Assembly: GCA_963621535.1 (NCBI GenBank)
Contig: CAVFEQ010000003.1
Span: 5,926 to 69,925, forward strand
Source: Paludibacteraceae bacterium
GTDB taxonomy: Bacteria; Bacillota_I; Bacilli_A; RFN20; CAG-826
DNA length: 64,000 nt
Reading direction: 5' to 3'
Position numbers and translations under genes: made by a program. This document shows, piece after piece, positions 37,665 through 51,193 of this stretch. How positions within the stretch are numbered: position 1 is the stretch's first letter; each line of letters opens with the position of its first letter. The notes under the pieces are model-generated. The model was not told the origin of the DNA, did not search any database, and saw nothing but the letters and a program-made list of their open reading frames with translations.

Positions 37665-38993
37665 TCACTTACCCACGCAGAACCTGGAGAAAATCTCCTC
37701 GCTCAAATCTTGGCCGGGATCCGTTCCAAGCAATTTTTGCACGCAATGATAGGCCTCTTGCAAAGGAATCGAGATGAGATCTGCGGATAAATCGTTCTTC
37801 GCCCCTTCTTCTACCTCAGATAAATAGCCATCGATTTCCCGCAAAAGGCCAAGCTCTCTCGCATTAGAGAAAGAAGGTGTCTTAAACGAAGAGGAAGAAA
37901 GCGAAAGCGCATCAAAAACGGCTTCTTTGAGCTTCTCTACCTCGCCGTGCAACGCTGAAACATATAAGGTTTCCTTATCCTTATTATATATAAGGTCTTC
38001 TTTATTGAAGCAGACGATGGTCTTCTTGCCTTTGGCGGCATCAAGAATTTCCTTATCCTCTTCACTCATCCCCTTGTTCGCATCCACGACCAAGATGACA
38101 AGATCAGCATCCTCAATGGCTTTTTTAGACCGTTCCACCCCAATGGATTCAATCTCGTCTTTAGAGGCGCGGATTCCTGCGGTATCAAGCAAATGCAGAG
38201 GAACGCCTTTCACGGAGAGCTCCCCTTCAACGACATCGCGCGTAGTTCCCGGGATAGAGGAGACGATCGCCTTATCTTGTTTCAGCAAAGCATTAAGCAA
38301 ACTCGACTTCCCCGCGTTAGGAGAACCCACCAAGGCGACTTTCACGCCTTCGCGGATGATTCTGCCTTCTTGCCCTTGCTTAATGAGTGAAGCGAGATGG
38401 GCTCTGATTTCTTTGGCTTTGCTCGATAAAAGAAGCGAATTCGCCTCTTCGATGTCGGTGTATTCCGGATAATCGATATTCACTTCGAGCAAAGCAAGGA
38501 GAGAAGCGATTTCCTCTTTCAAAGGATTGACCAGCTTGCTGGTTTCCCCGTTTAAAGAAAGCAAGGCAAGGTTTTTGCTTTCTTCCGTCGTCGCATTGAT
38601 CAGATCATTGACAGCCTCGGCCTCGATGAGGTCCATCTTGCCGTTATAAAAAGCGCGGGAAGAGAATTCTCCGCGACTTGCATAACGGGCGCCGCGACTT
38701 AAAAAAGCCTGAACGATCTCTTCAACGATGAGCATCGAGCCGTGGCAGCAAATCTCAAGAACGTCTTCCCCCGTCATCGTGTTTGGGCCGGGGTAGACCA
38801 GCAAAACAACTTGATCGATTGTCTTATCCTGGTCTTTTAGGTAACCCACCAAAATGGAACGAGTTTTTACTTCGGAGACGTTTTTGCTGAACAAAGAATC
38901 AGCGATTTCAAAAACCCGATTGCCCGAGCAGCGGAGCAAGGCAAGCGCCCCATTTAGCGGCGGGGTAGCAAGGGCGATAATCGGTTCGTTCAT
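37665..38993 (-). CDS. mnmE: tRNA uridine-5-carboxymethylaminomethyl modification GTPase
   Basis: 442 aa. G-domain GSPNAGKSSLLNAL. Terminal CVGK motif. Confidence 0.9.
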   Translation of the reverse strand: MNEPIIALATPPLNGALALLRCSGNRVFEIADSLFSKNVSEVKTRSILVGYLKDQDKTIDQVVLLVYPGPNTMTGEDVLEICCHGSMLIVEEIVQAFLSRGARYASRGEFSSRAFYNGKMDLIEAEAVNDLINATTEESKNLALLSLNGETSKLVNPLKEEIASLLALLEVNIDYPEYTDIEEANSLLLSSKAKEIRAHLASLIKQGQEGRIIREGVKVALVGSPNAGKSSLLNALLKQDKAIVSSIPGTTRDVVEGELSVKGVPLHLLDTAGIRASKDEIESIGVERSKKAIEDADLVILVVDANKGMSEEDKEILDAAKGKKTIVCFNKEDLIYNKDKETLYVSALHGEVEKLKEAVFDALSLSSSSFKTPSFSNARELGLLREIDGYLSEVEEGAKNDLSADLISIPLQEAYHCVQKLLGTDPGQDLSEEIFSRFCVGK

Positions 38994-39061
38994 AACAAAA
39001 GGGATTATACCTTTTTCCTTTTCCGGATGAAGAAAAGGCGCCCTTTCAAGCGCCTATATCG

Positions 39062-39661
39062 TCAGTCGACGTAGCGGATCCACACAGCGCGGTCATTGCC
39101 TTCGCCGGTTGATTCGGTTTTGATATGCTCCATATCCGACAAAGCGTTATGGATGACCCTTCTCTCATCCGGGGTCATCGGATCGAGCTGGATGTCAGAA
39201 TGGGAAGCAAGGACGTCTCGCGCAGCCCTTTTAGCAATGCGCGTCACCTTCTCATATTTGTCTTCTTTGTAGCTCCCAACATCAAGCAAGACGCGATAAC
39301 GATGACGGAACTTATTGCTGACGGCGAGCTTGGTGAGCTCGTTCAAGCTCTGCAGCGTCCTTCCCCCGCGCCCAATGAGGATCGGGTTGCGCGGGGAATC
39401 AATCGAGACTTTGATGATATCGTCTTCGATTCTAGCCTCAACGATGGTTTCCACGCCGAGGGCTTTCAAGGAATTGGAGAGGTATTCTTTCGCGTAAGTG
39501 GCGGCATCGTCCTGATCATAAACGGCGATGGTCGCGCTCTTCTTGAAGAGCCCCTTCTTTTCCTCGACGACCGTATAAATCAGTTTTTTAGCGTCGAGCT
39601 GGAGTTCGGCGGAAGCGGCAGAGACGGCCTCTTCCACGGTTTTACCGGTGAATTCTTTCAT
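39062..39661 (-). CDS. jag: Jag/KhpB RNA-binding protein (KH and R3H domains)
   Basis: 199 aa. C-terminal R3H motif. Conserved position downstream of yidC. Confidence 0.8.
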   Translation of the reverse strand: MKEFTGKTVEEAVSAASAELQLDAKKLIYTVVEEKKGLFKKSATIAVYDQDDAATYAKEYLSNSLKALGVETIVEARIEDDIIKVSIDSPRNPILIGRGGRTLQSLNELTKLAVSNKFRHRYRVLLDVGSYKEDKYEKVTRIAKRAARDVLASHSDIQLDPMTPDERRVIHNALSDMEHIKTESTGEGNDRAVWIRYVD

Positions 39662-39664
39662 GTT

Positions 39665-41428
39665 TTATCCTCTTTTCTTAGATTTGCGGGAAAGCACGAC
39701 TTGCGAGATCAAGGTCTGGACCATCGACATCAAGCCGCCGATGAGCCAGTAAATGCCCATGGCCGCCGGCAGCATGAAACCCATGAAGATGGTGAAGATC
39801 AGCATGACGATCATCATGATCTTCCCTTGCTTGTTGGCGTCATTCGCCGCGGGGTTCTTACCCATTTTGCTGATGTTTTTCGTCTTCATCTTGGCGATGA
39901 TGCGCGGAAGCATCATGGCCATGATCTGGACCCCGGCCATCAAGACGAAGAGAACCAAAGCGGTCCACCATCCGCTGGTATTGGCATACCAGGTCCCGGA
40001 GACGTTGAACAAAGTCTCGCGAATGGTGTCAGACAGACGCAGATTGAGCATCTGGCCTGAGGATAGCGCGGCGCTTCCTTGCAAGCCCGACCACACGCAG
40101 ATGAAGACCGGGAATTGGATGATCAGCACCAAGAACTGGCTGAGCGGATTGATTTTGTTGCGGCGGTAAAGGGCCATTTGCTCTTGGCTCAGGCGTGCCT
40201 TATCCGCTTGATTGGTGTTGGAATTAGGATATTTCTCCTGCAGTTTCGCAAGCTGAGGCTGCAGATTCTGCATTTTCTGCTGATCAAGCGTGCTCTTGAA
40301 GGTCGCGGCCATAAGAAGCAGACGCACGATCACCGTAACGAAGACCAAAGCAAGCAGCTGGCTCCACCCGGCAAGAGAGGAATCCATCCCGAAGGCGAAG
40401 GTATCGACCATCCAGGAAATCGGATAGACCAAAAGCCCCTCGAGGAAGCCTTTGCTCCAAGCATATCCCCAATCCTTGGCTTCGATGTTGACTTCCCAGT
40501 CGCGGCTTGGGCCATAATGACCATAGGTTCCGCTGCGGGTCGCAATGCAGGTGCTGATGCTGCTGACCTTGGATTGGATGTTGTTCTTATAAGCGGTCAA
40601 GAACGTGGAAGTCGGGCAGCCGTCAATCCCTAAGCCGGCGTCAATGGACTGCTGCAAAGAGGTGCACCATGAATCAAAGTAGCCGAACAAGGCGCTGTTG
40701 ATGCCCGAGAATTTCAAATAGCCGTAGCGGCGGAAAAGCGAATGGTCGTAATCGATGGAGGTGGCATCGCTTCCATCGGTGTCGCTTTCGATGTAGGGAT
40801 TGATGTAGAAAGTCCCTTCTTCAGAAGCGATCGCCTCGGCTTTGTTCTTGTCCTCGGTTTTATCGCCTGTAGAAGAGGCAATTTTCAAAGAGGATTCGAA
40901 ACTTGCGACTGCGCTAGAATAATCCGCCGTGGAGGTGTAGCCAGAGGAGATGATATTCTTCTCATAAGCCCCTTGCACGAGAGCTGCTTTCAATGCGTAA
41001 TCATCGATCGCCGCCCAGAATTGGATTGAGGGCAAAGCGTAGCCGCTTTTAGCAGCGCTAGTTAAAATCGTCCCTTGCAAGAGGGAGGAGGCTTTTTTGG
41101 CGGTATAGGTGTAGACCGTCCCGCTTTTGGTGGCGGGGACGTACTTATAGATGTCGTCGTTATTCTCGAGAGCTTTCCCAGCGACGGTGGTGTTCCCGAT
41201 GACCATGCTCTCTTCTTCTTCGATGAGGGCTTTGGTGGACTCATTGGTTTTTAAAGCGTCATATTCGTCTTTTGTGACGTAGACAGTAACGCCCTGTTCG
41301 TAGGGATAAAGCATTTGGGCCTTATCGGTATCGGAACAGAAATTCTGCGTGCACGAAGAAAGAAGCAAAGCGGCGAGTCCGACGCCTGCGATCCCCAGCA
41401 GTTTCTTTTTCGAGTTGTGCTTATTCAA
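39665..41428 (-). CDS. yidC: membrane protein insertase YidC/Oxa1 with long N-terminal lipoprotein extension
   Basis: 587 aa. Lipobox LLSSC. A low-complexity Ser/Thr/Ala/Tyr-rich domain of about 330 aa is extracytoplasmic. The YidC core is at the C-terminus, with a basic tail RKSKKRG. Confidence 0.8.
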   Translation of the reverse strand: MNKHNSKKKLLGIAGVGLAALLLSSCTQNFCSDTDKAQMLYPYEQGVTVYVTKDEYDALKTNESTKALIEEEESMVIGNTTVAGKALENNDDIYKYVPATKSGTVYTYTAKKASSLLQGTILTSAAKSGYALPSIQFWAAIDDYALKAALVQGAYEKNIISSGYTSTADYSSAVASFESSLKIASSTGDKTEDKNKAEAIASEEGTFYINPYIESDTDGSDATSIDYDHSLFRRYGYLKFSGINSALFGYFDSWCTSLQQSIDAGLGIDGCPTSTFLTAYKNNIQSKVSSISTCIATRSGTYGHYGPSRDWEVNIEAKDWGYAWSKGFLEGLLVYPISWMVDTFAFGMDSSLAGWSQLLALVFVTVIVRLLLMAATFKSTLDQQKMQNLQPQLAKLQEKYPNSNTNQADKARLSQEQMALYRRNKINPLSQFLVLIIQFPVFICVWSGLQGSAALSSGQMLNLRLSDTIRETLFNVSGTWYANTSGWWTALVLFVLMAGVQIMAMMLPRIIAKMKTKNISKMGKNPAANDANKQGKIMMIVMLIFTIFMGFMLPAAMGIYWLIGGLMSMVQTLISQVVLSRKSKKRG

Positions 41429-41762
41429 TTGCGTTGTCCTTTATTTCATCAAGCGCTTTGGCGAGCTCTTCTTCGTTGGCCTTAGCATCGAGCGGGTTGT
41501 AGCTAGGGCGAATCACGATGATCAAGTTCAAGCGTCTGGAAGCGTCGAAGCAGCGGGAGACCATCGCCCGGACCTGCCTTTTGATGCGGACCCTGGTGAC
41601 GGCGTTCCCATTGCGTTTGGATACGGCCAGCCCGATGCGGGCGTGGCCTTGCTCAGGATTAGGTTCGACGTAGATGGTGTAATGCGCGGCCTTTATTTTG
41701 CGCCCGGCATGAATGATGCGATCGAATTCGCTATGCTTTTTGACGCGATATTCTCTCTTCAT
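41421..41762 (-). CDS. rnpA: ribonuclease P protein component
   Basis: 113 aa. Basic RNR-like region NAVTRVRIKRQVR. Confidence 0.9.
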   Translation of the reverse strand: MKREYRVKKHSEFDRIIHAGRKIKAAHYTIYVEPNPEQGHARIGLAVSKRNGNAVTRVRIKRQVRAMVSRCFDASRRLNLIIVIRPSYNPLDAKANEEELAKALDEIKDNAIE

Positions 41763-41779
41763 GCGGGCACAGTAAAAGC

Positions 41780-41917
41780 TTAGGCGGAAAGACGAGCGCG
41801 GCCCTTGGCGCGGCGACGAGCCAAGACGCGGCGTCCACCAGCGGTAGACATGCGAGCGCGGAACCCGTTGACGTTAATGTGCTTCCTTTTGGAAGGCTGA
41901 TACGTTTTCTTACCCAT
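41780..41917 (-). CDS. rpmH: 50S ribosomal protein L34
   Basis: [45 protein letters not shown]. Start set at the internal ATG 41917, after RBS AAGGAGA. Confidence 0.9.
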   Translation of the reverse strand: MGKKTYQPSKRKHINVNGFRARMSTAGGRRVLARRRAKGRARLSA

Positions 41918-41951
41918 GATAATTTTCTCCTTTTCAGCGGTAGCGGTGTCT

Positions 41952-41980
41952 ATTATACGAACCGACCCCCACAAGGACAA
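41952..41980 (-). promoter_or_regulatory. sigma-A-type promoter for rpmH (-35 TTGTCC, 17-bp spacer, -10 TATAAT)
   Basis: On the minus strand: TTGTCC-ttgtgggggtcggttcg-TATAAT, about 35 nt upstream of the rpmH start. Confidence 0.6.
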
Positions 41981-41981
41981 T

Positions 41982-42010
41982 AAAAAACGCACGCGCCCTT
42001 ACGCGCGCGA
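41982..42010 (-). terminator. GC-rich hairpin plus T6 (minus-strand terminator) immediately upstream of the rpmH promoter
   Basis: Minus strand reads CGCGCGCG-taagg-GCGCGTGCG-TTTTTT. Confidence 0.45.
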
Positions 42011-42059
42011 AAATCCATTGACGCAGCCCGGATAATTTAGAAATCAACGGGCGGCCATG

Positions 42060-42360
42060 AAAATAGTTTCAATCCACAGACCTTGGGAAAAGCCTTGTTA
42101 AAAAAGAGGATAAAAAGGAAAAGAGGCGATGCCCTTGCGCTTTTTTCAAAAGCCAGGGAAGTGAAGGAAGAAGTAAGCGTTACCGTTTTTCCACAAAGCA
42201 AAAAACCGCCTAAAGTTTTCCACAATTTGTCCACATTTTCATTTTGTGGAAAACCAAAATAAAGGCGATTGCTAGCCTTTTCCGTCCTTGGATTGTGGAC
42301 AAATCAAAATTGCGCTCATTTTTAATGAAAAGCACTGTGGAAAATGCTTTAATCTTGTGC
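42060..42360. other. oriC, upstream DnaA-box cluster
   Basis: Seven or more 9-mers within two mismatches of TTATCCACA. Plus-strand boxes at 42071, 42187, 42216 and 42227; complementary-strand boxes at 42245, 42294 and 42336. Located in the rpmH-dnaA intergenic region. Confidence 0.8.
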
Positions 42361-42374
42361 AGGAAAAATCGCTT

Positions 42375-43742
42375 ATGTCCGAAACAATCTCTCAACTCAC
42401 GGCCATCTGGAACCGTTCGCTCCAACGCATCAAGAAAAACTTGGGCGACAACCACATCTACGACACCTTCTTCGGGGGCAGCTACATTGACTCCGTCCAA
42501 GGGGATACTTTGGTGGTGATCGTCAATTCCGAGCTCGCCGCGATGGTTTTGACGAATTCCTACACAAGCCTAGTCGAGGAATGCGTCCAGGCGGAGACCT
42601 CGACCAATTACAAAGTGACTTTCCTTAGCCAAAGTAATGGAGTTTCCCAAACCAGCAAGGAAAAAGCCCCGGAGAAGCCGCTTTTCTTCCAAGAGGCCAA
42701 ACTGGACCCCCGCTACACGTTTGACAGCTTCGTCGTCGGGGCCAGCAACCGCGAAGCCTACCAAGCCTCTTTGATGATTTCCAGAAACCCGGGGAATTTA
42801 TACAACCCGCTTCTTTTGCATTCCCAGTCTGGGTTAGGTAAAACCCATCTGCTCCAGGCAATCGGCAACGAAATCAAAACCCTGCGCCCGATGGCCAAGG
42901 TGCTTTATATCTCCGCCGCGGATTTCGTCGACGAATACATCAAATTCGCCACCGGCTACAAGCAAGGCCAAACCCTCACCCAATATTTCAAAAACGACGT
43001 CGACGCCCTTTTGATTGACGATATCCAGTTCTTAATCGGAAAAGCCAAAACGATGGAGATGTTCTTCGTCGTTTTCCAAAGCCTCTACACTCAAGGGAAG
43101 CAGATCGTCATCACCAGTGACCAAGACCCAAGCAAGTTAGATGGGCTCGATGAGCGCCTTAAAACCCGCTTTTCCAGCGGGCTGGTGCTCCCGATCCAAA
43201 AGCCGGATTTGCAGACTTCGCAGGCGATTCTCCGTTCCAAAATCGAGGCGAACAACCTCAGTGTGAGCGATTTCGATGAGGATGTGATCGAGTTTTTGGC
43301 CTCGCGCTTCTCTTCAAGCGTCCGCGACCTAGAAGGCGCTTTGAACCGCTTGCTTTTCTACACGGTCAATCTTGAGCCGACCAAGCACATCGACTTGCCC
43401 ACCGCGAAGAAAGCGATATCCTCTCTTATTTCCGCGCAGGACGAAGCCGGGAAGCTAAGCGAAGAGAAAATCATCTCCGTCGTCGCGGATTATTACTCCC
43501 TGCCCCCAGCCCAAATCACAGGCAAATTGCGCACAAGCCGCATCGCGATGGCTAGACACATCGCAATGTACCTGATCCGCACCCTTCTAGACACCCCGTT
43601 CACGAAAATCGGCCAGACCTTCGGAGGCAAAGACCACGCGACGGTGATGAACGGTGTGAACAAAGTGGAGAAATCGTTGAAAAGCGACCCCGACATGAAG
43701 AAAGCCGTCGACGAGCTTATTGCTCGCTTGAAAGCTAAATAA
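42375..43742 (+). CDS. dnaA: chromosomal replication initiator protein DnaA
   Basis: Start set at ATG 42375 (MSETISQLTAIWN). AAA+ Walker A GLGKTHLL. C-terminal DNA-binding helix. Flanked by DnaA boxes. Confidence 0.95.
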   Translation: MSETISQLTAIWNRSLQRIKKNLGDNHIYDTFFGGSYIDSVQGDTLVVIVNSELAAMVLTNSYTSLVEECVQAETSTNYKVTFLSQSNGVSQTSKEKAPEKPLFFQEAKLDPRYTFDSFVVGASNREAYQASLMISRNPGNLYNPLLLHSQSGLGKTHLLQAIGNEIKTLRPMAKVLYISAADFVDEYIKFATGYKQGQTLTQYFKNDVDALLIDDIQFLIGKAKTMEMFFVVFQSLYTQGKQIVITSDQDPSKLDGLDERLKTRFSSGLVLPIQKPDLQTSQAILRSKIEANNLSVSDFDEDVIEFLASRFSSSVRDLEGALNRLLFYTVNLEPTKHIDLPTAKKAISSLISAQDEAGKLSEEKIISVVADYYSLPPAQITGKLRTSRIAMARHIAMYLIRTLLDTPFTKIGQTFGGKDHATVMNGVNKVEKSLKSDPDMKKAVDELIARLKAK

Positions 43743-43759
43743 TCAGCGAAGCAAAGGCC

Positions 43760-43860
43760 TGGCTGTGGTAAACTATTTCCTAGCAGAAAAGGGAGTTATC
43801 CACAATTTCCACCGACCTTATTATTGTTAAATAAAATCCGTAAACGAATTTAAATAAGGA
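43760..43860. other. oriC downstream element: DnaA boxes plus AT-rich unwinding region
   Basis: Perfect TTATCCACA at 43796-43804 and TGTGGTAAA at about 43764. An AT-rich run of about 45 nt (ttattattgttaaataaaatccgtaaacgaatttaaataa) precedes dnaN. Confidence 0.7.
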
Positions 43861-43871
43861 GAATTAACGAT

Positions 43872-44996
43872 ATGCGATTCACCGTTTCCAAAGACCAATT
43901 CCTAAAAGCGTTAAACGCGGCAAGCCACGCCATCGCGCCCAAAAACCCGATTCCAGCTCTAAATAACTTCAAACTCGAACTGAGCGAGAAAGGGCTAGAG
44001 ATTACCGGTTCTAATAGCGAGATCACCATTCGCTCCATCGTTCCTTATCGCAATGGAGAGACGGAAATCATCCGCAACGCGGGGCTAGGCGCGACCCTTG
44101 TGAATTCGCGTCTTCTCCTTGAGAGCGTCCGCCGCATGGGCGGGAACCAGATCACCGTGGACGTGATCGATGAAGCTATTGCCAAGGTAGGCGACGGGAA
44201 GACCTCCTATAAGCTCTCCTGCGTGAAAGCGGACGAATACCCCGATATTGATCTGGAATCCGACGGAGTTAATTTCACGCTTAAGTGCTCTGAATTCACT
44301 TCTCTTGTCGATGCCACCGCTTTCGCTGCCTCCACCAAAGAGCAAGCGCGCCCCGTTTTGACCGCCTTGAAGCTAGAAGCCAATAACGGCGAGCTCTCCG
44401 CGATCGCCACCGACTCCGCTAGGCTCGCCGAGAAAACGATGGCAATCGATATGGACGTCAATTTCCGTGTGAACGCCCCAGCGCGCGTCTTAGTAGACAT
44501 CACCCATCTTCTCGAAGGCGAGGAGAACGTTTCCCTCAGCGTCTCGAACTCCAAAATCCTCTTTCTTTTCGGAAACACGGTCGTCTCTACCCGTTTGATT
44601 GCCGGCGACTACCCCGCCACCAAAGCGATCATCCCTCAGACATTCAACTATTACCTTGAAGTCAACGCCAACGAGCTTCTTTCCGCGATGGGACGCGTTT
44701 CCGTCCTCTCAGTGGACCGCGATCCCATTGTCACCCTCACCATGAAAGACGAGGAAGTGACCGTTTCCTGCCAAAACGCGATGACCGGCAGCGCGGAAGA
44801 GTCGATCACCACTTATAGCTATAATGGCGAGGCTTTGAAAGTCAGCTTCAACGCCCTCTTCGTCAACGACGCCATCAAGGCGCTTAAAAGCGCCGACGTG
44901 ACCCTTTGCTTCCAAGGCGAAATGAAGCCCTTCGTGGTCCGCGACAGCGGAAATCCCTCCGTTATTCAACTGATCACCCCCATGCGCACTTGCTGA
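43872..44996 (+). CDS. dnaN: DNA polymerase III beta sliding clamp
   Basis: 374 aa. MRFTVSKDQFLKALN is the canonical N-terminus. Confidence 0.95.
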   Translation: MRFTVSKDQFLKALNAASHAIAPKNPIPALNNFKLELSEKGLEITGSNSEITIRSIVPYRNGETEIIRNAGLGATLVNSRLLLESVRRMGGNQITVDVIDEAIAKVGDGKTSYKLSCVKADEYPDIDLESDGVNFTLKCSEFTSLVDATAFAASTKEQARPVLTALKLEANNGELSAIATDSARLAEKTMAIDMDVNFRVNAPARVLVDITHLLEGEENVSLSVSNSKILFLFGNTVVSTRLIAGDYPATKAIIPQTFNYYLEVNANELLSAMGRVSVLSVDRDPIVTLTMKDEEVTVSCQNAMTGSAEESITTYSYNGEALKVSFNALFVNDAIKALKSADVTLCFQGEMKPFVVRDSGNPSVIQLITPMRTC

Positions 44997-45025
44997 GCCT
45001 AGAAAAGGCTTTAAAAACACGGAGA

Positions 45026-45053
45026 AAGCGATAGAAAACCCTATCGCTTTTTA
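45026..45053 (+). terminator. rho-independent terminator after dnaN
   Basis: AAGCGATAG-aaaaccc-TATCGCTT followed by TTTTT. Confidence 0.6.
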
Positions 45054-45100
45054 TTACATAGTAATAAAATATTCCCGCTGGGATTTTCAGCGGATTTGCT

Positions 45101-45315
45101 ATGGAAGAAAACGAACGCACCATCAAAATCACGACCGAGTTCATCACGCTCGGGCAGCTTCTTAAACTTGCCTCGATCATCCAAAACGGCGGGCAGGCGA
45201 AAAGCTACCTTGCAGAGAACGAAGTCCTCGTTAACGGCGAGCCCGACCAAAGAAGAGGCAGGAAGCTTCGCCCCAGCGATGAGATCGTGACTTCCGGCGT
45301 CCGCGTAAGACTCCT

Positions 45316-45319
<4 letters not shown>
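45101..45319 (+). CDS. yaaA: S4-domain RNA-binding protein YaaA
   Basis: 72 aa. ITLGQLLKLASIIQNGGQAK...VLVNGE. Conserved position between dnaN and recF. Confidence 0.7.
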
Positions 45320-48433
<3,114 letters not shown>

Positions 48434-48447
48434 TGGGAGGAATCAAA

Positions 48448-51189
48448 ATGGAAAACGACGAAAAGAAAATCTTGCCCGGGGCGGAAGAAAGCCCCGAAAA
48501 CGAGGAAGAGACTCCTACAAACGAAGAAATCAACGAAGAAGCCGCTTCCTTTGCGATGTCGAAAGAAGGCATGCAAAGCGAAGATGCCATGTTCGGCCAT
48601 GAAGCCGCGGTTTCTGGCATCATCCCTGGCTTGACTGACAGAGACGTGGCCCACGAAGTTAAAACCGCCTTCCTCGACTATTCAATGTCGGTCATCATCG
48701 CTCGCGCCATCCCCGACGTCCGCGACGGCTTCAAGCCCGTCCAGCGCCGCATCATCTTCGGCATGAACGAATCCGGCATGCAGCCGAACAAACCCTATAA
48801 GAAATGCGCGCGTATCGTCGGTGACGTCATGGGTAAATATCACCCTCACGGCGACAGCGCTCTTTATGGCGCCTTAGTCCGTTTGGCCCAGGATTTTTCC
48901 CTCCGCTACCCCCTTGTGGATGGCCACGGCAACTTCGGCGACATCGATGGAGATGAAGCCGCCGCCATGCGTTATACCGAGGCGAGGATGAACCGCCTTT
49001 CCCTTGAGCTCGTCCGCGACATCGATTGCGACACGGTCAATTTCGTCGCCAACTACGACGGCACCGAGCAAGAGCCGGAAGTCCTCCCCTGCCGCTTCCC
49101 TAACCTCATCGTAAACGGCTCAGAAGGCATCGCGGTAGGCATGGCTACGAACATGCCTCCTCATAACCTCACCGAGACGATCGATGCGGTTATCGCGGTC
49201 GCCAAAAACCCTGAAATCACCCCCGAAGAGATTATGCAGAGCTACATGCAGGGCCCTGATTTCCCAAGCGGAGGCATCGTGCTTGGAAGAAAGGGCATCT
49301 TGGATTATTTCCGCACCGGCGTTGGCACGGTGACGATCCGCTCCAAATACCATATCGAGGAGATGGATAACGGCAAAACGCGCATCATCGCGACCGAAAT
49401 CCCCTATCAGGTGAACAAGGCGAACATGATTGCCACTATCGCTGATCTCGTCCGTTCCAAGCAAATCGATGGCATCACCGACGTCCGCGACGAATCCAAC
49501 AAAGAAGGCATCCGCGTCGTGATCGAGCTCCGCAAGGACGTGATCCCCGAAGTCGTCGCGAACAACCTTTTGAAACATACGCAGCTGCAAGCCAATTTCG
49601 GCGTCATCAACCTTTGCCTAGTCGACGGCGCCCCAAAAGTCCTTGGCATCGTTCCTCTTCTTAATGGCTATGTCGAATTCCAGGTCGAAGTCCTTACCAG
49701 AAGGACGCAGTTCCTCTTAAAACGCGATGAGGACCGCCTCCATATCGTCAAAGGCCTCATTTTGGCCCACGACAACATCGATGAAGTCATTCATATCATC
49801 CGCTCCTCGAAAGACGACGCGGAAAGCACCGCGCGTCTAGGCGAAGCCTTTGGCCTTGATGAAAAGCAATGCGCCGCCATTTTGGGCATGACGCTCCGCC
49901 GTCTCCAAGGCATGGAACAAGATAAGCTTGCCGCCGAGCGCGATGAGCTTATCGCGAACATCGCCGAGTATAACCGTCTCCTTTCCTCAAGACACAACAT
50001 CGTCGATTTGCTGATCGAGGAAATCGAGGAAGTCAAAAAACGCTTCGGCGACAAAAGACGCACCGAGATCACCGACGAAGCCAGCGACATCGAAAACGAA
50101 GACCTCATCCCGCAGAAAAACATCCTCATCACCCTTACGCGCAACAACTACATCAAGCGCGTGGACGACGATACCTTCGAAGCCCAGCATCGCGGCGGCA
50201 GAGGCATCACCGGCATGAAAACGACCTCCGGCGACACTGTGAGGCTCATGTACCACACCAAAACGCATACCGACATCCTCTTCTTCACCACTTTGGGCAA
50301 GGTCTATCGCATCCGCGGTTACCAAATCCCTGATTCTGGCAGAACGGGTAAAGGGACGCCGGCGCAGAACATCCTTAACCTCGATAAAGACGAAAAAGTC
50401 GTCTCCATCGTCCCTTGCGACGACTATCCGGAAGGAAATTATCTGATCTTCGTCTCGCAAAACGGCTTGATCAAGCGCACCTCCATCTTGGAATACGCCT
50501 CCATCCACCAAAACGGGAAAATCGCCGTCGGTTTGCGCGAAGGGGATGACCTCTTCGACGTCAAACGCACCTCTGGGGATGAAATCATCTCCATCGCCTC
50601 GAGCAACGGCAAACTCGTTTCCTTCAACGAAAACGAAGTCCGTCCGATGGGCCGCACCGCCACCGGGAACAAAGGCATGGACCTCTCCGATGGCTCGGAA
50701 GTCGTCGGCGTGACGACCTCTGGAGAAGGCGACAAGATCCTTGTCTTGACTTCTCTTGGCTATGGGAAGATCAGCTATGCCGCCGATACGGACATCGTCG
50801 ATGAAGATGGTGCCACCCGTCATTATGACGGCTACCGCCTCACTCACCGCGGGGCCAAGGGCGTGACTACGCTTAACATGACCGCGAAAAACGGCGTTCT
50901 TGTGGCCGTCAGGGCGGTGCATGGGGACGAAGATTTGCTAGTCATCGCTAGCAACGGCATCGTGATCCGCACGCCGCTTTCGGAAGTCAAAATCGCCGGC
51001 AGGAATACGCAGGGGGTGAAGATCATTTCCCTTGAAAACTCCGCAAAAGTCGCCTCAATTTCCATTGTTCCTCACGAAGAGCCTTCAAATGAGGGCGAAA
51101 TCGAAGAGGGAGAAACGATTGACGAGACTCTTGTCGACGAGAACCCCGTCACGCCCGATTCCTTGGATGATTCTTTGAAAGAAGAGTGA
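48448..51189 (+). CDS. gyrA: DNA gyrase subunit A
   Basis: Start at ATG 48448, after GGGAGGA. Active-site region [10 protein letters not shown] (Tyr). GyrA-box-like repeats in the C-terminal domain. Acidic C-terminal tail. Confidence 0.95.
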   Translation: MENDEKKILPGAEESPENEEETPTNEEINEEAASFAMSKEGMQSEDAMFGHEAAVSGIIPGLTDRDVAHEVKTAFLDYSMSVIIARAIPDVRDGFKPVQRRIIFGMNESGMQPNKPYKKCARIVGDVMGKYHPHGDSALYGALVRLAQDFSLRYPLVDGHGNFGDIDGDEAAAMRYTEARMNRLSLELVRDIDCDTVNFVANYDGTEQEPEVLPCRFPNLIVNGSEGIAVGMATNMPPHNLTETIDAVIAVAKNPEITPEEIMQSYMQGPDFPSGGIVLGRKGILDYFRTGVGTVTIRSKYHIEEMDNGKTRIIATEIPYQVNKANMIATIADLVRSKQIDGITDVRDESNKEGIRVVIELRKDVIPEVVANNLLKHTQLQANFGVINLCLVDGAPKVLGIVPLLNGYVEFQVEVLTRRTQFLLKRDEDRLHIVKGLILAHDNIDEVIHIIRSSKDDAESTARLGEAFGLDEKQCAAILGMTLRRLQGMEQDKLAAERDELIANIAEYNRLLSSRHNIVDLLIEEIEEVKKRFGDKRRTEITDEASDIENEDLIPQKNILITLTRNNYIKRVDDDTFEAQHRGGRGITGMKTTSGDTVRLMYHTKTHTDILFFTTLGKVYRIRGYQIPDSGRTGKGTPAQNILNLDKDEKVVSIVPCDDYPEGNYLIFVSQNGLIKRTSILEYASIHQNGKIAVGLREGDDLFDVKRTSGDEIISIASSNGKLVSFNENEVRPMGRTATGNKGMDLSDGSEVVGVTTSGEGDKILVLTSLGYGKISYAADTDIVDEDGATRHYDGYRLTHRGAKGVTTLNMTAKNGVLVAVRAVHGDEDLLVIASNGIVIRTPLSEVKIAGRNTQGVKIISLENSAKVASISIVPHEEPSNEGEIEEGETIDETLVDENPVTPDSLDDSLKEE

Positions 51190-51193
51190 TTCC

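Noticed and set aside
39125-40060. 311-aa plus-strand ORF across jag/yidC, and 184-aa ORF 40079..40633
   Set aside because: Antisense to strongly supported jag and yidC. The product is His/Asp-rich and of low complexity.
45075-45100. Hairpin CCGCTG-ggatttt-CAGCGG overlapping the yaaA ribosome-binding region
   Set aside because: Short stem. It could simply be part of the dnaN terminator region or yaaA leader. Not enough to call a regulatory element.
49987-50922. 311-aa minus-strand ORF inside gyrA
   Set aside because: Antisense artefact within gyrA. No motifs.
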